Origin: a virus
Lineage: Duplodnaviria > Caudoviricetes
Virus record (IMG/VR): IMGVR_UViG_3300017766_000039
Coordinates: 1 to 35,080 of that record
Direction: 5' to 3' (one strand)
Length of the DNA: 35,080 nucleotides
Of this stretch, positions 34,788 through 35,080 are shown one piece after another. Under the pieces are notes generated by a model that made no database searches, was not told the origin of the DNA, and saw nothing but the letters and a program-made list of their open reading frames with translations. The number at the start of each line of letters is the position of its first letter. The stretch's first letter is position 1. Both the position numbers and the translations under genes were made by a program.

Positions 34788-35080
34788 TAGAGATTCTCCT
34801 TGTAGAAAGCTTCGAGCCACTGCTTACATAGGTCTGAACGTACCACGTCGTCAATACCAAATTCAACGACACAGGCTTCAATGCTGTACTTCTTAGCCAA
34901 GTGTATCGCCTTAGACAACCCTGACTGTTCCTTGATGTCGCTCTGTCGGATATCTCCGTTCATAACCAAGGTGCAGTTATCCCCAATGCGGGTCACCAAC
35001 ATCTTGAACTGAGAGATATCTAGGTTCTGACATTCATCTGCTAGGACAAACGCATCCTTGAAGGATGATCCTCGCATGTA
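34787..35080 (-). CDS. phoH: PhoH-family ATPase, C-terminal part (5' end outside the window)
   Basis: YMRGSSF...ADECQN...LVTRIG...GDIRQSD...SGL...DVVRS motifs. Confidence 0.92.
   Translation of the reverse strand, partial: YMRGSSFKDAFVLADECQNLDISQFKMLVTRIGDNCTLVMNGDIRQSDIKEQSGLSKAIHLAKKYSIEACVVEFGIDDVVRSDLCKQWLEAFYKENL

Overview
A large part of a lytic podovirus genome with the architecture of Roseobacter phage SIO1/cobavirus-like phages (Zobellviridae-like); the host is inferred to be an alphaproteobacterium. The window looks circularly permuted. A minus-strand early/replication arm (small early genes, T7-like primase-helicase, PolA-family DNA polymerase running off the left edge; PhoH and a T7 gp1.7/DUF3310-like gene re-entering at the right edge) diverges from a plus-strand morphogenesis arm across a ~1 kb non-coding region (6.27-7.3 kb). 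The plus arm carries a putative TerS, a tail-fibre cassette with an HNH gene, a lysis cassette with a GH19 endolysin, TerL, portal, scaffold, capsid, tail tube, internal virion proteins and seven tiny basic proteins. The two arms converge on an intrinsic terminator at ~34.5 kb. No phage RNA polymerase is seen in the window; several sigma70-type promoters are present. The most unusual elements are: (i) a dense array of apparent host transcription-factor boxes (IHF, alpha-type LexA, two Zur-like, Fur-like, repeated 18-bp palindromes) beside the likely genome end; (ii) an ORF-less ~255-nt transcription unit with a perfect promoter and its own terminator; (iii) a leader motif shared by three promoters; (iv) strong enrichment of the hexamer TGTCGT; (v) tail-fibre cassettes with standardised junctions; (vi) a cluster of Lys-rich microproteins. 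All functional calls come from motif recognition by eye; no database searches were run.
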